In this document: piece by piece, positions 40,517 through 57,260 of the stretch
Layout of the letters: each line of letters begins with the position of its first letter
Numbering within the stretch: position 1 is the first letter of the stretch
Source: Eledone cirrhosa
Lineage: Eukaryota
Direction: 5' to 3'
Assembly (NCBI GenBank): GCA_964016885.1
Contig: OZ024740.1
Span: 374,604,001-374,668,000 of the forward strand
Length of the DNA stretch: 64,000 nucleotides
The notes under the pieces: model-generated
Database searches by the model: none
Seen by the model: only the letters and a program-made list of their open reading frames with translations
What the model was told of the DNA's origin: nothing
Translations under genes and position numbers: made by a program

Positions 40517-41686
40517 GAGAATTTATGTATAGTTATGTAAAATATGTATTTATACGTTTAATAAGGGTGTATGTATAAGTATATACTATATGTTTAGTTT
40601 ATATAAAAAAAAACATTTAATAACCCCGTTATTAAAAAAATATTCCTTCGTTATGAAAAGTTATTCTCTTCCTTCTGCTCTGTGAACATACTGCATATAT
40701 CACAGTAGCAATCGAGAATGCCAAGCCGGTTTGATGATAATCTACAAGGTAAAAATCAGTTTTTGGTAGCTTTGAATTTAATTGCGAATACATTAGCAGA
40801 ATTAGTCTTCATCGAAGAAGATCTAAAGTATAATACAAAGAAGGTTAACCGTCTCAGGAAACACCACTGGAAATACGAACCATATGTCACAAACAAGACG
40901 TGTAACACAAGGAAAGAAAATAAAAATTAAAAATCATCATAACAATAAGACATATTATAAAATCATTAGCATGGGAATTAAAAGTGGCACGACTTTAGCA
41001 AAGCAACAATAGGGAGTTAAGCATTTTGAAGATACTGATGTCTGCTGTGCTAAACAGATTTCAAACAGAATTTTTCAGGTGGCACAAATCTTGCAAAAGA
41101 AGAGACAACCATCCCCACAACATTGCAGATTATTCATCAAAGAAATGGAAATTATAAGATGTCAGGTTGAGTACTTTCAGAACTGCCCAATTACTAAAAC
41201 AAAGGTGGTCTCTATATACGATATATACACATTTCCTCTTGTCAGAATCACTGCTTTATGATTTGATAAGAGTGGGGATGGGGGACGACGTTTCGGGGAC
41301 GTCAGAATAATGATGACCTCACTAACCAGTGACCAACACAAGGACGCGCAAAGCGGATGAAAGTGAAAGATATAGGCGTGTAGGGCCAGAAAACCGTAGA
41401 AAGAGGATATGATACGGAATCAATAGATGTGTCCGAGGAACCTGCGAGTCTAGAGTCAGGTAGATCCACACACGGATCGCACCTCAAGCTGTTCGCTGGG
41501 GAAACAATTCTAACACACAATAAACTGGGTTCCAATGCATCACTGATTTTTCGTTTCCCATTCTATAATACTCTGCTCTGAAGGAGCATAGAGTGCCCAA
41601 CCGGCACACCGCCTATGGAAGCATATTAGCTAACATTAGACATATATTATGCTCCTCTATAAGTAGAGCTCTCGCAGGGAATCGCC

Positions 41687-44596
41687 ATGGAGAAATTCCA
41701 GTACTCTTCCTCTTTAAAGGACATCTCGATCCCTTCTGCCAACACCTACATAAGCCTATTGATCCATCACACCAACTCCTTCATTAGATACAGGAGATGG
41801 CGCGCATTCCACCACGAGAGACGACCCCAGCAGCACGCACGTGATAATCCTCACGACCGCCTGAAACGGATTTTTAAATCAGGATGACATCCACCACAAC
41901 GCACTGCTGGAAGAATTTGAAAACCGTATCGTCAGTATCGTCCGTAACATCAAATTCCGAAGGAGTAATACACGCAATAATGAATACCTCAGGAAACTCA
42001 GCTCCACAATCAAAAGCATGGAGGGATGCCTGGATTTACCTGTGCCATCGGACAAAACTGGTAATGTATACATGCTTGACCAATTTACATAAAACGATTG
42101 CATCGGGAAAGAGGTCAGGGAAAACTATAGGACCACAGGACAGGATAACCTAGATATCATCAACGCCACGACCAAAACATTATTGACAAGGCTAGAAATA
42201 GATGATAGGAAAGAAACCTATCTACCCTGAAAACCGCGGATATCCATTAAGGATCATAAATTATACTTTAGGACTAATCTCCCCATTACGTTAATAGCAC
42301 CCTCCAAATAAGACCTAGGTAGGGCCAGCAAGAATATCATAGATAGGATACTACTTGTACTTAGGAATAAAACTAGGCTTAGCTCATGGACCTCCACGAA
42401 GGAGGTAATTGACTGATTCTCGCTGTTACATAGCAAGCAACAGGTACATTTCTTCAATTGGACATAGCGAATTACTACGCCTCCGTATCACCAGTAACGT
42501 GAACAAGACCCTCATGAGTGCCATGGCTAATCCAACTTCACTAGAGAGGAAGCAAGCATCATAATTGTTTCTATTTTAGGCACAAGGCCAGCAATTACCC
42601 AGTACGTTACTGGTACTTTATTTTATCGACCCCGTAAGGATGAAAGGGAAAGTTAACCTCGGCGAGATTTGAACTCAGATCATAAATGGACATAACTCTA
42701 TGCTTCAAAGCATGGTGTCAGAATCTCTACCGATACAGACAATCCACCGCCTCATAATAGCAGCGAGAAAGACGCTAATTAGACGCTAATTAGCTCCGAC
42801 AATAAATTGTAGGAGAGGAGGGACAGACCCAACAGTTTCGATATTACGATGGGGTCGAGTGACTCTGCGCAGGTGACAGACCTGGTGGGAATATATCTCC
42901 TGCAATGGCTAGCGGAGGAGATCCCGGGGATCGGCGGATGAATATATACAGACGAGGCACTATTTACCTTGCGCTCCCTAAACTCCAGCCAGCTGGAGCT
43001 TATGAGGAAGCGCATATCACATTTTTTTAAGCAACACGACTTGTCCGTACTGATAGTTCCTAGCACTAAGACGATGAATTTATTTGATGTTACTCTGGAA
43101 CTGAATACGGGCATACACCGACCATACCACAAGACCAACGAGAACCTGCAATATGTGAACATGCACCCGAACCATCCCAAGTCCTAGAAGCCATAGTAAA
43201 AGGGGTATCCAAACGCGTATCCACACTGTCGGCTAAGGCAGACGTGTTTAAACAGCACACCGACTATTATAATGAGGCACTGCTCACGGCCGGTTACACA
43301 AAAGCCATAGTGTACACCCTGGACAGGGAAGGGCCTAGCGGTTAGGCAGCCATATATAAGGATAGCAATAGTACTTCCATAGCTAAAAAGTACAACCCGG
43401 AACTAGCATCTTGGAATAGGAGTAACAGTATAGATTACCGCAAGGACGCAAGACTGACACTAAGACAGACCAAGGCACACGCGGATGGCAGACCACGCAG
43501 TACATGCAGACGGAATCCCGGCACGGACACAATTAGCGACGCGGACACTAGAACTAGAGACAGGGTAAAGACAGATACGGATATGAAACCAGGTAGAAGA
43601 AACACCCGGATCAGTAGCAATAAAATAGATCCGACGACAGCACCATATAGCATTAACTGTAGAGCCGAAAATATAGAACGCAATACTTCAGTAAGCGACT
43701 GGCGAAAGCACGACGCACACGGTAGATATATAGATAGCGGCAACATAGGGGACGAAATAACTGACACGTGACCCAACACACATTACCACAACTACACACA
43801 GACTACGGAATAGGACAAGGTGTAAGACCATTACATGGTTTAACGCGCCGTATTCGGAGCATGTATGCAGCAATGTGCCAGACCTCTTCTTCCAAGCGTT
43901 GGACGAGTGCTTCCCGCCGTGGAACAGGTACCACGGCATATTCAACCGCCACACGGTGAAGTTATCCTTCTCCACCGCGCGTAACATGGCAGACTACATG
44001 GCCAAGACCTACGCGGTGGAGTTGGGTAAACTCGACCGTCAACAGCGGCGGGCGACTGACGGTCACGCGGTGCACGGAGGGCCCCTTGCAGACAGGGTCT
44101 CCAACTATACTTCGATCCCCGCAGCGGCCGTCATGCCCGGGGAAGATAATGTAATCGAATGCCGGGCTAACTGAGTGACGGAGCGGGGCCCACCGCAACG
44201 ACTGAACAGCACTCAGAGAATCGGGGGATTCCCTTGGTAGACCATGGGACCAGCGTTGGAAATGAGCAACATAACCACCGAACATGCCCCCTGCAGGGTA
44301 GATGCTTAACGAAGGGCCTAGTATATAAATGTGTGGTTAACGCGCGCAACACCATGCGCACCTACATCGGCGCATCATCTGCGAACTTTAAATCGATGAT
44401 GTATAATCACTCAGACATTTTCAAGGACCGGAGCAAGAGACACTCCACTAGGCTGGTGGACCTGATATGGGACCTGACAGACAACGGCACCCCGTATTAT
44501 CTCAACTGGAAAATCGTTCAACATGCAAATGCATATTCGGCTGGAAACTGGAAGTGTTGGCTATGCCTATTCGAGCCCATGGAGATTGAAGGATGA
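41687..44596 (+). pseudogene. Disrupted PLE RT + GIY-YIG endonuclease ORF
   Basis: Fragments 41687, 42969, 43875 and 44234-44596. Confidence 0.85.
42566..42751 (-). mobile_element. Full-length SINE inserted in PLE1 with a 7-bp target-site duplication
   Basis: tcataat at 42559-42565 and 42752-42758; B box gttcaaatc. Confidence 0.9.
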
Positions 44597-45423
44597 TGCG
44601 GTCAACCTGAAATCGGAGTTTTATCATGATGTGCAGGCACCAGAGAAGGTGCACATTCTCCGCATGAACGCAACCGGACAGCCCAAGCTAAACGCATGCG
44701 GGGAAGCGGACGCCGGTCCGAGCGGCGGCGCGGTCCCAGGGATCGGACACCATACCTTGTAGTCTATGTATGCCCTGTGGGGTGAATCAACGCAACTTAT
44801 GCTGCCTATCGGACTCAGCACGTCATCCGAGACCAGGTGGCTCAACCTCTACGGATATTCAGTTCCATACCATACATCAATGAGGCACTCTATCTCACCC
44901 ACAGAGACGTGTTGCTTCACGCACTCCCTGCTGGTGTATCTTTTCAGTGGTATGTGCATATTTTCCACGCACCCCATTACGTAACACTCCATGTATTTTT
45001 CCATGTACAAACCAATGTATATCTTTGTATACTTTTCTTATATTGTTTTAATAATATTGCCATAATTAATCATATTTTTTTATATATTCTGCATAAATTT
45101 GTTTATATATCCTGCATGCATTTACTATATACGGTCTGGGCATACCCTTTACATTAATACCATGACCTCCCCATATGTAACCCTCCTTAAGGTGTCTGTA
45201 CGCCGATATATCCACGTTGGCAGCTTCATATCAACTCTGTCTGCATGTACAGCCCAACGTGTATCTTTATATGCTTCTCTTAGATGTATTTTTTGTATAT
45301 TTGTTTATGTGTGTGTAGATACATGCGAGTCTGTGTGTGTTTGTATATGCACACGTCCAGAGCAAAAAATGTATAAGGGTATGTGTGTATATATATTATA
45401 TATATATATATATATATAAATAT

Positions 45424-45561
<138 letters not shown>

Positions 45562-45646
45562 TATATATATATATATATTTATTTAAATAACAGATTTCCT
45601 TATCGAGCCCTCTTTGGATTTTAGTCTTCAATTTTATTATTATTAC

Positions 45647-45793
<147 letters not shown>

Positions 45794-46269
45794 TAACGGA
45801 AAACGAAAAATCAATGATGATTCGGAACTCAATTCATTGTGTTACAATTGTTTCCCCGGCGAACAGCTCGAGGCACCGTCCGTATGTGGATCTATCTGAT
45901 TCTAGACGCGCAGGTTCCTCTTTCTGGGTGTTTTCTGGCTCGGTAGGCCTATATCGACCACCTTCATCCGCTTTGCATGTCCTCGTATTGGTCAGTGGTT
46001 AGTGACGTTATCATTATTCTGATCACTTGTAGCGTACATATATATATATATATACAGACAGAGAGACAAAGAGAGCGAGAGAGGACGAGGGTGAGAAAGA
46101 GAGAGAGAGAACAGTAGACAAGGAAAGCATAGTTTGTCTATAATTTAATGTGGTCGACTGCACCGAATGGAAGTTTAAATTCTGTACTATCTATCTCTCT
46201 ACCAGAGAGATAGATAGTAAATAGAGGGCAATTCTAGCCAGTAAGCCAAATGAAATATTCAGAAAATAC

Positions 46270-46890
46270 TTCGCAAGTGTCAACCTCGTGACGAGCTTGT
46301 TCCTCGAACAATTCTTCAACGCGAATCGTGAAGGCTACGTCGTCAGATCTAACATATTTGCATAGAGATACAAAGACACAAAAACCGTCAAATAAGCCAG
46401 ATACGGCGTGGCAAAAAGCGGCAATACTGTTTTAACTGTCCATGATCTGTGTGTGATATAACTACCAAGTAACTGTGTGCAGCCTTTCGGCGACACTGTT
46501 ACCGATTTGTTGGGACGAGCGACGGTGATAAATTGGAAAGTCTCCCATATGCGCAAATGATCGGCGACATCTTAACAGATGATTGCACCAACTGACAGCA
46601 GAATGAGAAAATGCCCTGGTCTTATAAACGAATAGAGGTGGTATTGCTGAGAAATGACCCGAACAAGGAGATAATGTCGAGAAATTTAGCCCCAAATGTT
46701 AACAAGCTTGTTCGCCGAGTTTGGGACTTGTCAACCATAGTCTGAGAAGGGAGTACCGACGTTCATTAACCAGAAAAGGTCTACCTAAGAAAACCCCCAC
46801 ATCATGTGTTTCATAATGGACGATATAAGTTAATTATCTGGCGAAAATGGAACCCTGATCAATTCTGATCGTTCGAAAGCTTTCGATAGC
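46270..46890 (+). mobile_element. Highly decayed L1/Tx1-type ORF2 fragment
   Basis: EQFFNA.REG.VVR, PDLLG, VLLRNDP.QGDNV, LINSD.SKAFD, matching the minus-strand Tx1 copies. Confidence 0.7.
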
Positions 46891-47049
46891 GGAGCTAAAT
46901 TATGACGTTCATGAGGAGACCTTACATGTCGCATGCGTTTAAATGTCGTCAATTTCTTTTACATTCATATCTCAATTTTGACATTCTCAATACTAGTATG
47001 AAACGGACTACACACATACAATAACGCGGCTAAACTGTGTCCCAGACAT

Positions 47050-47560
47050 ATCCATTTTTACATCTTCAACATTCCTCATCTACCTGTCTAAACTATCTGT
47101 TTAAATTATATACATATGTTTATATTCCAACAGTGACACCTCGCCAGTAAGTTTATATATATCTCCTAATACCTACCTTTTCTTCCATAGGTCTGCATCC
47201 ATAACTGCCTCTTTTATCAACTTGTTGATTTCCGATTTTTGTTTTCTATGCGTGTACGTTATTAATTTTTCTTATTTTTTGCTTCAATTTCCATTGATTT
47301 ATATTCTTGAAGTACCACATAACTTTTGTAGGTTCACACGTTCTATTAATTCATCAGCCATTGTTACTCTCTTCTGTAATTCACTGGTCGAAGGTTTATC
47401 GTTTCAGTTGGAATATCATTACTCTATTTGATTTTCATCTTAATGGCGTTTAGCTCCAAATCAGAAAACCACCCTATTGTTCATGTTTTTCTAGTCTGAT
47501 CAGAGATTCTCCGTTCCGTAGTGTCGAGTTAACCTCTTTTTCCGCTCCTCTTCTATTCGC
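47050..47560 (-). mobile_element. Decayed N-terminal fragment of an R4/Dong-like LINE
   Basis: GWFSDLELNAIK motif (cf. GWISELKLEEL in family B). Confidence 0.5.
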
Positions 47561-47562
47561 CA

Positions 47563-47571
47563 GTAGTATCA

Positions 47572-47658
<87 letters not shown>

Positions 47659-47737
47659 TTGGTAGTGGTGGTGGTGGTGACGGTGGTGGTGGTGACGGTG
47701 GTGGCGGTGGCGGTGGTGGCAGTGGTAGTAGTAGTAA

Positions 47738-47835
<98 letters not shown>
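47563..47835. repeat. Compound (TAG)n/(TGG)n/(TAT)n microsatellite
   Basis: Direct observation. Confidence 0.97.
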
Positions 47836-47836
<1 letters not shown>

Positions 47837-50035
47837 CAATGGAGACAAACTCTAGATCTAGAATACTGATTGGAATGAATATGGTCTTTAAAGATAACTC
47901 GTCAAATCAATGGATATGCTTTGGTTGATTTAAACCTCATCAACGAGCTTCACCAATTTCACCTTTATGATCATACTAATATATGTTTCTCGTGATATAT
48001 AATGCACTCATTTTATATTTCAGTCTCTCTTTCACGCCATTCTCTCTTTCACGCCATTTACGCCCACTGTTATTAAAATCATATTACTATATTTTCCTAC
48101 ACAAAGCGCCAGTCAACAGGTATCAGAACAGCACATCAATGTACACAAATTTGTGAAGTGAAAGATTACTTCAAAACTACCATGAAAGATATGCATAAAA
48201 CATTTTAACACTTTTTTTCATGCGGATGATGTCTTGAATTGTATTATTCACGAATGTGGTAAAATCTATCAGTGATTTCCCAACTCCAAGCCTGTTTCTT
48301 TATCGCATTTCTAATAATATTTGATAATGTTATTTTGTTTTCTATGATTGAAGCAATTCCACTTCTCTATTCATAATTTTCCCATTTCTTGTAACATGTG
48401 CATAATATCTATGTAGTTGTGCAAAAAGAAATTGAATTAATTATATATAAAATGTTTATTCTCGTTTGACTTAATATTAACACTGTGCTGGGATAGCGAT
48501 AAAATTGATAGAGACCTGAAACTTTTCAGTTTCCCGAACAATTCTCGCTGAATTGCAGACATGTCATTTGTTATCTTAATTTGAAATTCAAAATAATAAC
48601 CTTCTGCTGCATATTTACATAGATTAATGTTTTCTTTCTAGTGACCTTATCTAAAATTCTATTTTCTACCTACGTTTTGTAGACAAGATAAGTCGAAGTA
48701 CTGACCGAAAACATATTTTTTTAGAGTTAAACGCTTGTCCATTTAAATCTTAATGTTGCAAGATTTGTAACCACAGGGTATACTGATACGCTGTGTAAGT
48801 CACTAATCGCTAACTGTAATAATAATACACTTGTTGCGGCCGAAATCTATTAACCTTCTGATTCTTACCTAATGAAATTTTCTTTGTTGAGGATGTGATT
48901 CATAGCACTTTCGATGGAATAACATTTTAATGAATATTTAAATATTGTAATGGAATACATTTTCATATTTTCTATTTCAGCACGAAACCGTGTTCAATAC
49001 TACATTTAGTCAGGCACAATAGCACGTGTGTGATATGTTATATGGTAATACATGTTCTATTTTTCAAATTTATGTGAACAAATTGTATATCGTTTTTCAA
49101 ACATGAGTACATGATAATTAGTTATAAGACATTGTTGAATAACCACTTAACATTGATAATGTATATAATATATATATAGCAAATCTGACGTAAATCTAAT
49201 TCGCGATGCAAGTTTTATGGCTCGTAAATTTTACCTCCGCATTTTTCCAATTCATCTGGTACGATAATCTTATATAGATGGGTTTCGGTGCGAAGTTTTT
49301 ATTTAATGAAATTGCGATACTAAAATCTATTGATTTCTGTATGTTCAAACTAATTTCATTTTATATATATAATGATTTCTATGAATGTTAGATGTTAATA
49401 CACTATGATGGAGATGACTTTCAGTAAGATGTCTTTGTTTCAAGGAACATGGATTGCTAAAAGACCCATTAAATCAATTCGAATTTCATTTGTCTAGTCA
49501 AAGTGTGAATTCTCTTCGGAAGAGTCATTATTGAGATCAAGAGGTTCGTAGCTAAATTGAAATATCAGTTAGTAATCATTCGCCAGGAATTTTAATTTAA
49601 CAGTGGACTATTTATCAACAGAAATATCACAATTGAACTTAATTACATAGGGGTTCGCGCACAAGTTATTGATTCAAAGTTAGTATATATAATTAACTGT
49701 GGAAATGTTGCTGTGTGTAATGAGGTCAAGTAATTAATTAGTCGAACACTAAGAATTTAGTATTTATGAGATTAAATTCCTCTGAATTTGATAGAGCTAT
49801 CTACGAACTATAGGTTTGATGTATTCCACGTAAATATTCAACGCTTCGAGTTTTATTTATACATAAATATCATAAGGGTTTACAGCAGACCGAGTTGAAA
49901 TTGAAAAGGCCTGATATTTTAAAAAACAATTATTGTCCTTTAATATAACGATCAGTTTGGTCTTAAGTATATACATATATATATGTGCGTGTGTATGTGT
50001 GTGTATGTGCGTGTGAGTGTATGTGCGTGTGTGTT

Positions 50036-50079
<44 letters not shown>

Positions 50080-51118
50080 TGTGTGCGAAGAGTAAACGGA
50101 AGACAATAAAGTAAAAAATACAGTACAATGAAGAAATATATTTGTTTAATACTTGATATGGTGCCTCTTTGTGTATACGTTCCCCACTTATTTCTATACA
50201 CCACATTTGTTACTATTAATTCTTCACTTCTATATACCATACTTGTTATTGTTAATTCTTTACTTCGATATAACCCAATATGTACTATTAACACTTCATT
50301 TAAATATAACATTCCAGCTTATAAGCCCCATCTATGAATAGCCCAGCAGCGCCACCCTCTATTTCTAAGACGATTATGCCCCTTCTATTACTCCATTCTC
50401 ACCCACTAATCTCCTCCATCCACATGACCAAACGTCCTTCTCCTAACACGTTGCCTGTCTGGAAAAACTTATCACTGTCTGTTCCCCAAATTCCCCCGTC
50501 TGACCAGTTTAATGCTTTGATGAACTTAACCAAAACACTACCAAGATCAGTGACACATTTTTTCATACCCTACACATATTATTACGCCTTGAAAATGCTT
50601 GCTCAAATTTATATATATATCCAGAAAATGATTTGCCATTGATATAGAGAAAAACTAAATAAATGACATTTAGAAATATCACTTAGAGAATAATATAAAT
50701 ATATATAGAATGACTTATATATAGTTAGCTATAGACAGATTTCTAAAGAAAATATTGTATAAGTTATTCTATATATATAGCCTCACTTTCATTTATCCTA
50801 AACTTTGTTTTCAAAACCATATTTAATAAACATTCCATATTATTCTTTTATGACAACTGAAGACAGATATAAATATCTGTCTTCAAGAAAATACTGGTAA
50901 ATTAATTAATTATCTTATGTTGTTTATTACATAACTCAAAAGCTCTGTAGCCCACATAGAGCACTCCCTTTACCTTTATCTTTCCTACGGAAATATTTAA
51001 TTAAAACAGCTCCAACCGAGAATGATCGAAGCATATTCTATATTACATATATGATTGGCATCTTCCAGCCCGATAAGTTGAGCACTCTACAGTTTCATAA
51101 AATTAACCAACATACACC

Positions 51119-53672
51119 ATGGACATTTATGAATTGGATTATTGTATCAAAAATATTCCTACTCCTTCCAACTCCACTTAACCCAAATTATTAATTGACA
51201 AAATTGAACAAGTCATAAAAAGAATGAGATGGAAGTCGATGATTTTCGATGGACAATTCTGTGCTGATTCTAATGACTACTTAGATATTAAATCACGCAA
51301 ATACCCACCTCGAATTAAGAACATGGCCAACTTCGAAATAGACCTAGTTAACATGATAAATGTCTTAAAATACCGTAAGTACAACAATAATTTTCAATCC
51401 AAACTCTTCAACAACATTTCTAATTTTAAACACTCTAAAAATTATTTCGTTTTTTGTGACAAAACCAAAAATATGTATGAAGTTCAATTCGTATAACCAA
51501 CAATTAACAGATAGCATCACTGCTAAATACCAAAAAGCTAACATTAATACTTATAATACCCTTAATAATGAAGCTAAAGCCCTAGCTAGTACTTTAAAAA
51601 TTGATAACCCAATAGAAAGCCTAGCCAAACGTAAAGAATATATTACCCTTAAAGACCATAAATGAATCAACAACTGCTAAATCTGCGAGTAAAAAAAAGC
51701 CTAAGAAATATAATACTTCAACTAGGAACTGAGACTGACTTATCCCAAAGGTTAAATATTTCCTCTGTTATTTATTGGTTTAATAATATACAAGGAAAAA
51801 ATAAGTGTAGATTTACCCAATTTGATATTGTTGATTTTTACTCCTCTATCACAGAAACCTTATTGACTAAAGCCTTAGATTTTGCTAGAATGTTTCATTA
51901 ATATTTCTAAATTAGAAGAAGATGTTATCTTACATGCTAGGAAGGAAAACACTACTTTTTGCTAGTGAAGGTACTGGGGTTAAAAAATCAAGCCCTGAAA
52001 ACACTTTTGATGTCGCGATCGGCTCATATGATAGCGCCGATGTATGCAACAACCTGAATAAGAAAAACAAACAAAAATGTATTCAGTTTGATATTGCCAG
52101 CTACTATTCTTCTATTTCGCCTTCACTTCTCAACAACGCTCTATATTTCGCATTTAAATATTCTGACATCACCACAAATGAATTTACATCATATTCACCG
52201 CAAGAAAAACTATCTTAGAATTCAACAATGAATACTCGACTAGAGCAGATATTTCCAACAGATATTCACAATGGGTGCTTCCGATTTATCGCAATTGACT
52301 GATTTGATTGGTATTTTTATTTTGAATTCTTTAAATCGGAAAATTCCTCAACTTCGCGGTGGAATTTATCGTGGCGATGGACCTTTTACTATCTTAAACT
52401 GCAACTTAGTTAATTTTAAAATATTATTAAGAACAATATACGTGATCTCTTTAAGCAACATAACCTTAAAATTGAATTTGATAACAACGTCAAACTAACT
52501 AACTTCTTGGATATATGCCTTAATATTGACTCTGGCCTATATTACCCTTACCATAAAAACAATGAGAATCTAAAGTATGTTAATTTTAAATATAACCACC
52601 CCACTAACATTAAAAATGCTATAGTCAGTAATATTGGAAAAAGAATCTCAAACCTATACTCTAATAAAATATATCTTCGATGCTAACGCCAATTACTATA
52701 ATAATGCGCTTTCTAAAGCCGGTTATCCTGATAAAATTAAATACAGTAAAGAAACCAATCCTAGAAGGTCTTACAGTAAAATAATTAATGATGAACATTC
52801 CAATAACTTAAATAAAAGACCTAGATACAAAAATATAATCTGGTATAATGCTCCTTTCTCTATTTCTATTAATAATAATATTCCTAAACTATTATTTAGG
52901 GCAGTAGATAAATGCTTTCCTCCCTCACATATCTATAACATTTTCTTATTCCACCTCTTCCAACATCTCCAACATTATCTCTAAACACAAAAATAACATA
53001 TTAAATAATAAATCACATCCTTCCAACACCGAGCGGCATAATAATAGCAGTAGTACTCCCGACGTCATTGTAAACTCTAGGCTAGATTCTGTAAAGATAA
53101 ATACGACGTCAAAAGTAACTTTGTTGAATGTTCATAATACCAATCTAAATCAGGAAACTATTATTCCTATCGTAAATAACTTCTCCAATCCAATTCCTTC
53201 TATAAACAACAATAGGTCACTTGTTAATAACTCTGATCGTAATTGTAATTGCCATGTTAGAACTAAATGTCCTCTTAATAACCATTGTCTTGATAAAAAC
53301 TTAGTCTATGAATGTAAGGTTATAACATATACCAATTCCTTTACCTATTTCGGTTCCACCTCCACTTACTTCAAAGCTAGATTTTATAATCACAATTCGT
53401 CTTTTACATACCAACTTAAAAGAACTAACACGTCACTCTCGGAACTCATTGGGTCCTTGAAAGAGAAAAATACTATCTATAACATCTCTTGGAGGAAGGT
53501 TTGTTCTGCCTTTCCTTACCTGAGTTCTTCTCTATCCAGAACATGTAATTTCTGCCTAGCCGAGAAATTTACCATTATATCTAATTTCAATTCTATAATA
53601 AATAGACGCACGGATTTATTTTCTCTCTGCTTGCATACATTCCACAGAACATTCCATAAAGTATACAGCTAA
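51119..53672 (+). pseudogene. Disrupted PLE RT + GIY-YIG ORF
   Basis: ORF fragments 51224-53672. Confidence 0.88.
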
Positions 53673-53993
53673 TATCTAATACCTTACTAGTTTAACATCC
53701 TTTTTCTCAAAGGCTTATATATCTTTTACACATATACCCATCTTTATTTCAATATTATTTATTATATATTATATAATACAATTTACGCATTCTATATCAT
53801 TCCTCTTTATCATTTTCCTTCCTACCTTTTTTCTTTTTAAATTTCTAACCTCTAATCTGTACCTTTTCTTCCCAACTACTTCTCAATTCTTATTATTACC
53901 CACCACCACATTATCCATTATTCCATCTTTCCTCATATCATTGGCCATACAAATTATTTGTTTAATACATTATAGTATTACCAATAGAAGTCC

Positions 53994-54323
53994 TTCGTAA
54001 ACATATAATTTGTTGACGTTAATTTTTTTTTATTCCTTAAATGTTTCTTATCTCCCCCATCCTTTCATGCTCGTTTTAAACTACTACTTAATTTGACTTT
54101 TACATATTACAATACATAAAAACATACTTAAACCCTAACTAATTTCTTAAAATATATTATATTATTATCATTATAAAATATTTCGTAAACATATATACTT
54201 TTTGATGTTAGATATTTTCTTCCTTAAACATTCTTTTCTTCTTTCCTTCCGCGCTCATTTTAAACAAACTATTTACGTACACATATTACATTACATAAAA
54301 ACAAACTAAAACCCTAACTAATT
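53994..54323. repeat. Two diverged tandem copies of a roughly 190-bp unit in the PLE2 3' region
   Basis: ttcgtaaacatata...tacataaaaaca...aaaccctaactaatt at 53994-54145 and 54182-54323. Confidence 0.75.
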
Positions 54324-54800
54324 CGTCTAAATTCATAACTCATTCATTCTTCTCCCTCTTTTAACATTATATCCTCAATAACATTAATATTTTTATTTTA
54401 ATAATACATATTAATAAATATACAAACCTTAATTTAGTACTATACTCGATTCCTTTTTCTTCATGCATAAACCTCATTAACTTTTAATTTCAAAATATTT
54501 TAAATTATTTATTATCTTCCAACGGCTTTTTAATTTCTCTCTGTGAGACAATATATATTTTTTTCTCAGTTGTAAAGGCTATCTCTCTCTCTCTCTATCA
54601 CACATCACTCCTCCTCTCTCTTCATTCCTTCTTATACTCCTCCCCCACCATCATTTACTCTCATCTCTTCCTCTTCCTTACCTTTTCCAACCACCCTCAA
54701 TTTTTCCCAATCTCATACATCAATCTTAATTTATCTTTCATATGTTGATTTAAAACTTCACTATTCGCAAGTGTATTTTAAGCTCCATATCATGTCTCCC

Positions 54801-54870
54801 TATTTATCTGATGAGAACGCATATATCATCCCATGATGATATTTGTATTAGAAATGCGCATAATAAAATA
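54801..54870 (+). ncRNA. Type I hammerhead ribozyme candidate (PLE2 3' end)
   Basis: tatttat-CTGATGA-stem II (atatcatc/gatgatat core)-GAAA-tgcgca-TA-ataaaata. Confidence 0.7.
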
Positions 54871-54912
54871 CTTGTAACTCTTTTAACCATCTTTTGATCT
54901 TATATTATATAT

Positions 54913-56711
<1,799 letters not shown>

Positions 56712-57070
56712 GAAGAAATTAGAAGACCAAAGCTAAACAGAAAGAATGAGTGGAACAACAACAACACCCAAACAAACAACACTGACCTAAGAGAAGTATA
56801 AATAAGTAAATAAATAAAATAAAATAACATAAGATAAATAAATACATACACAAGCACAATAACAACAAGCACATAAACACACACTAGTCACACAGCAGAC
56901 ACAACACTATACACACTAGTCACACAGCACACATGACACTATACACACACGCAAACGCATGCGCAAAGAAGACAAAATAAAATAAACAAACAAGCAAATA
57001 AATAAATAAATATATAGAAAGACTGAATAAAAAATGGCGTAGACATACAACACAACAGGAGGAAAATATA

Positions 57071-57128
57071 ACACCACTGACGATGTTGCAGATGTGCAAC
57101 GAAAGATTTATGTAAATTATGTAAACTA
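57071..57128 (+). ncRNA. Hammerhead-like motif in the PLE3 pLTR (mirror copy about 55271-55328, minus strand)
   Basis: CTGACGA-t-gttgca-gatg-tgcaac-GAAA; stem I poorly formed. Confidence 0.45.
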
Positions 57129-57220
57129 TATATATGTGTTTGTGTCTATATTGTATCTGTATTATTTTTGACCGTCGGTCAGTCAATGGCAACATTGAGG
57201 ACCGAGTAAGTTAGATCGCA

Positions 57221-57260
57221 GATATAAAAGACAGCGAGAAGCGAAAACCAACCAAACAGT
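57221..57260 (+). promoter_or_regulatory. TATA box plus initiator-like CAGT in the PLE3 pLTR
   Basis: gatataaaag at 57221; cagt about 30 nt downstream; ATG at 57301. Confidence 0.45.

Larger units (their letters stand above)
50850..54900 (+). mobile_element. Penelope-like element 2 (Naiad-type), AT-rich, degenerate
   Basis: ATG 51119 (MDIYELDYCIKNIP), RMRWK, CDKTKNMY, QFDI..Y.SI, WYNAPFS, CNCHVRTKCPLNNHC (CxCx5Cx5C), VY..YFG, CNFCLAEK; ends at (TA)n. Confidence 0.9.

Noticed and set aside
41079-41165. Plus-strand AG/GT-bounded exon candidate (GGTNLAKEETTIP...)
   Set aside because: No recognisable similarity and no partner exons
50190-50300. Three roughly 36-bp repeats resembling a CRISPR array
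   Set aside because: Degenerate tandem minisatellite with no unique spacers, in a eukaryotic context
53241-53560. Selenocysteine recoding as reported for some Naiad PLEs
   Set aside because: The conserved Cys codons here are TGT/TGC. The TGA codons I checked in PLE1 fall at Trp or other non-Cys positions, consistent with decay, and I saw no SECIS-like element.
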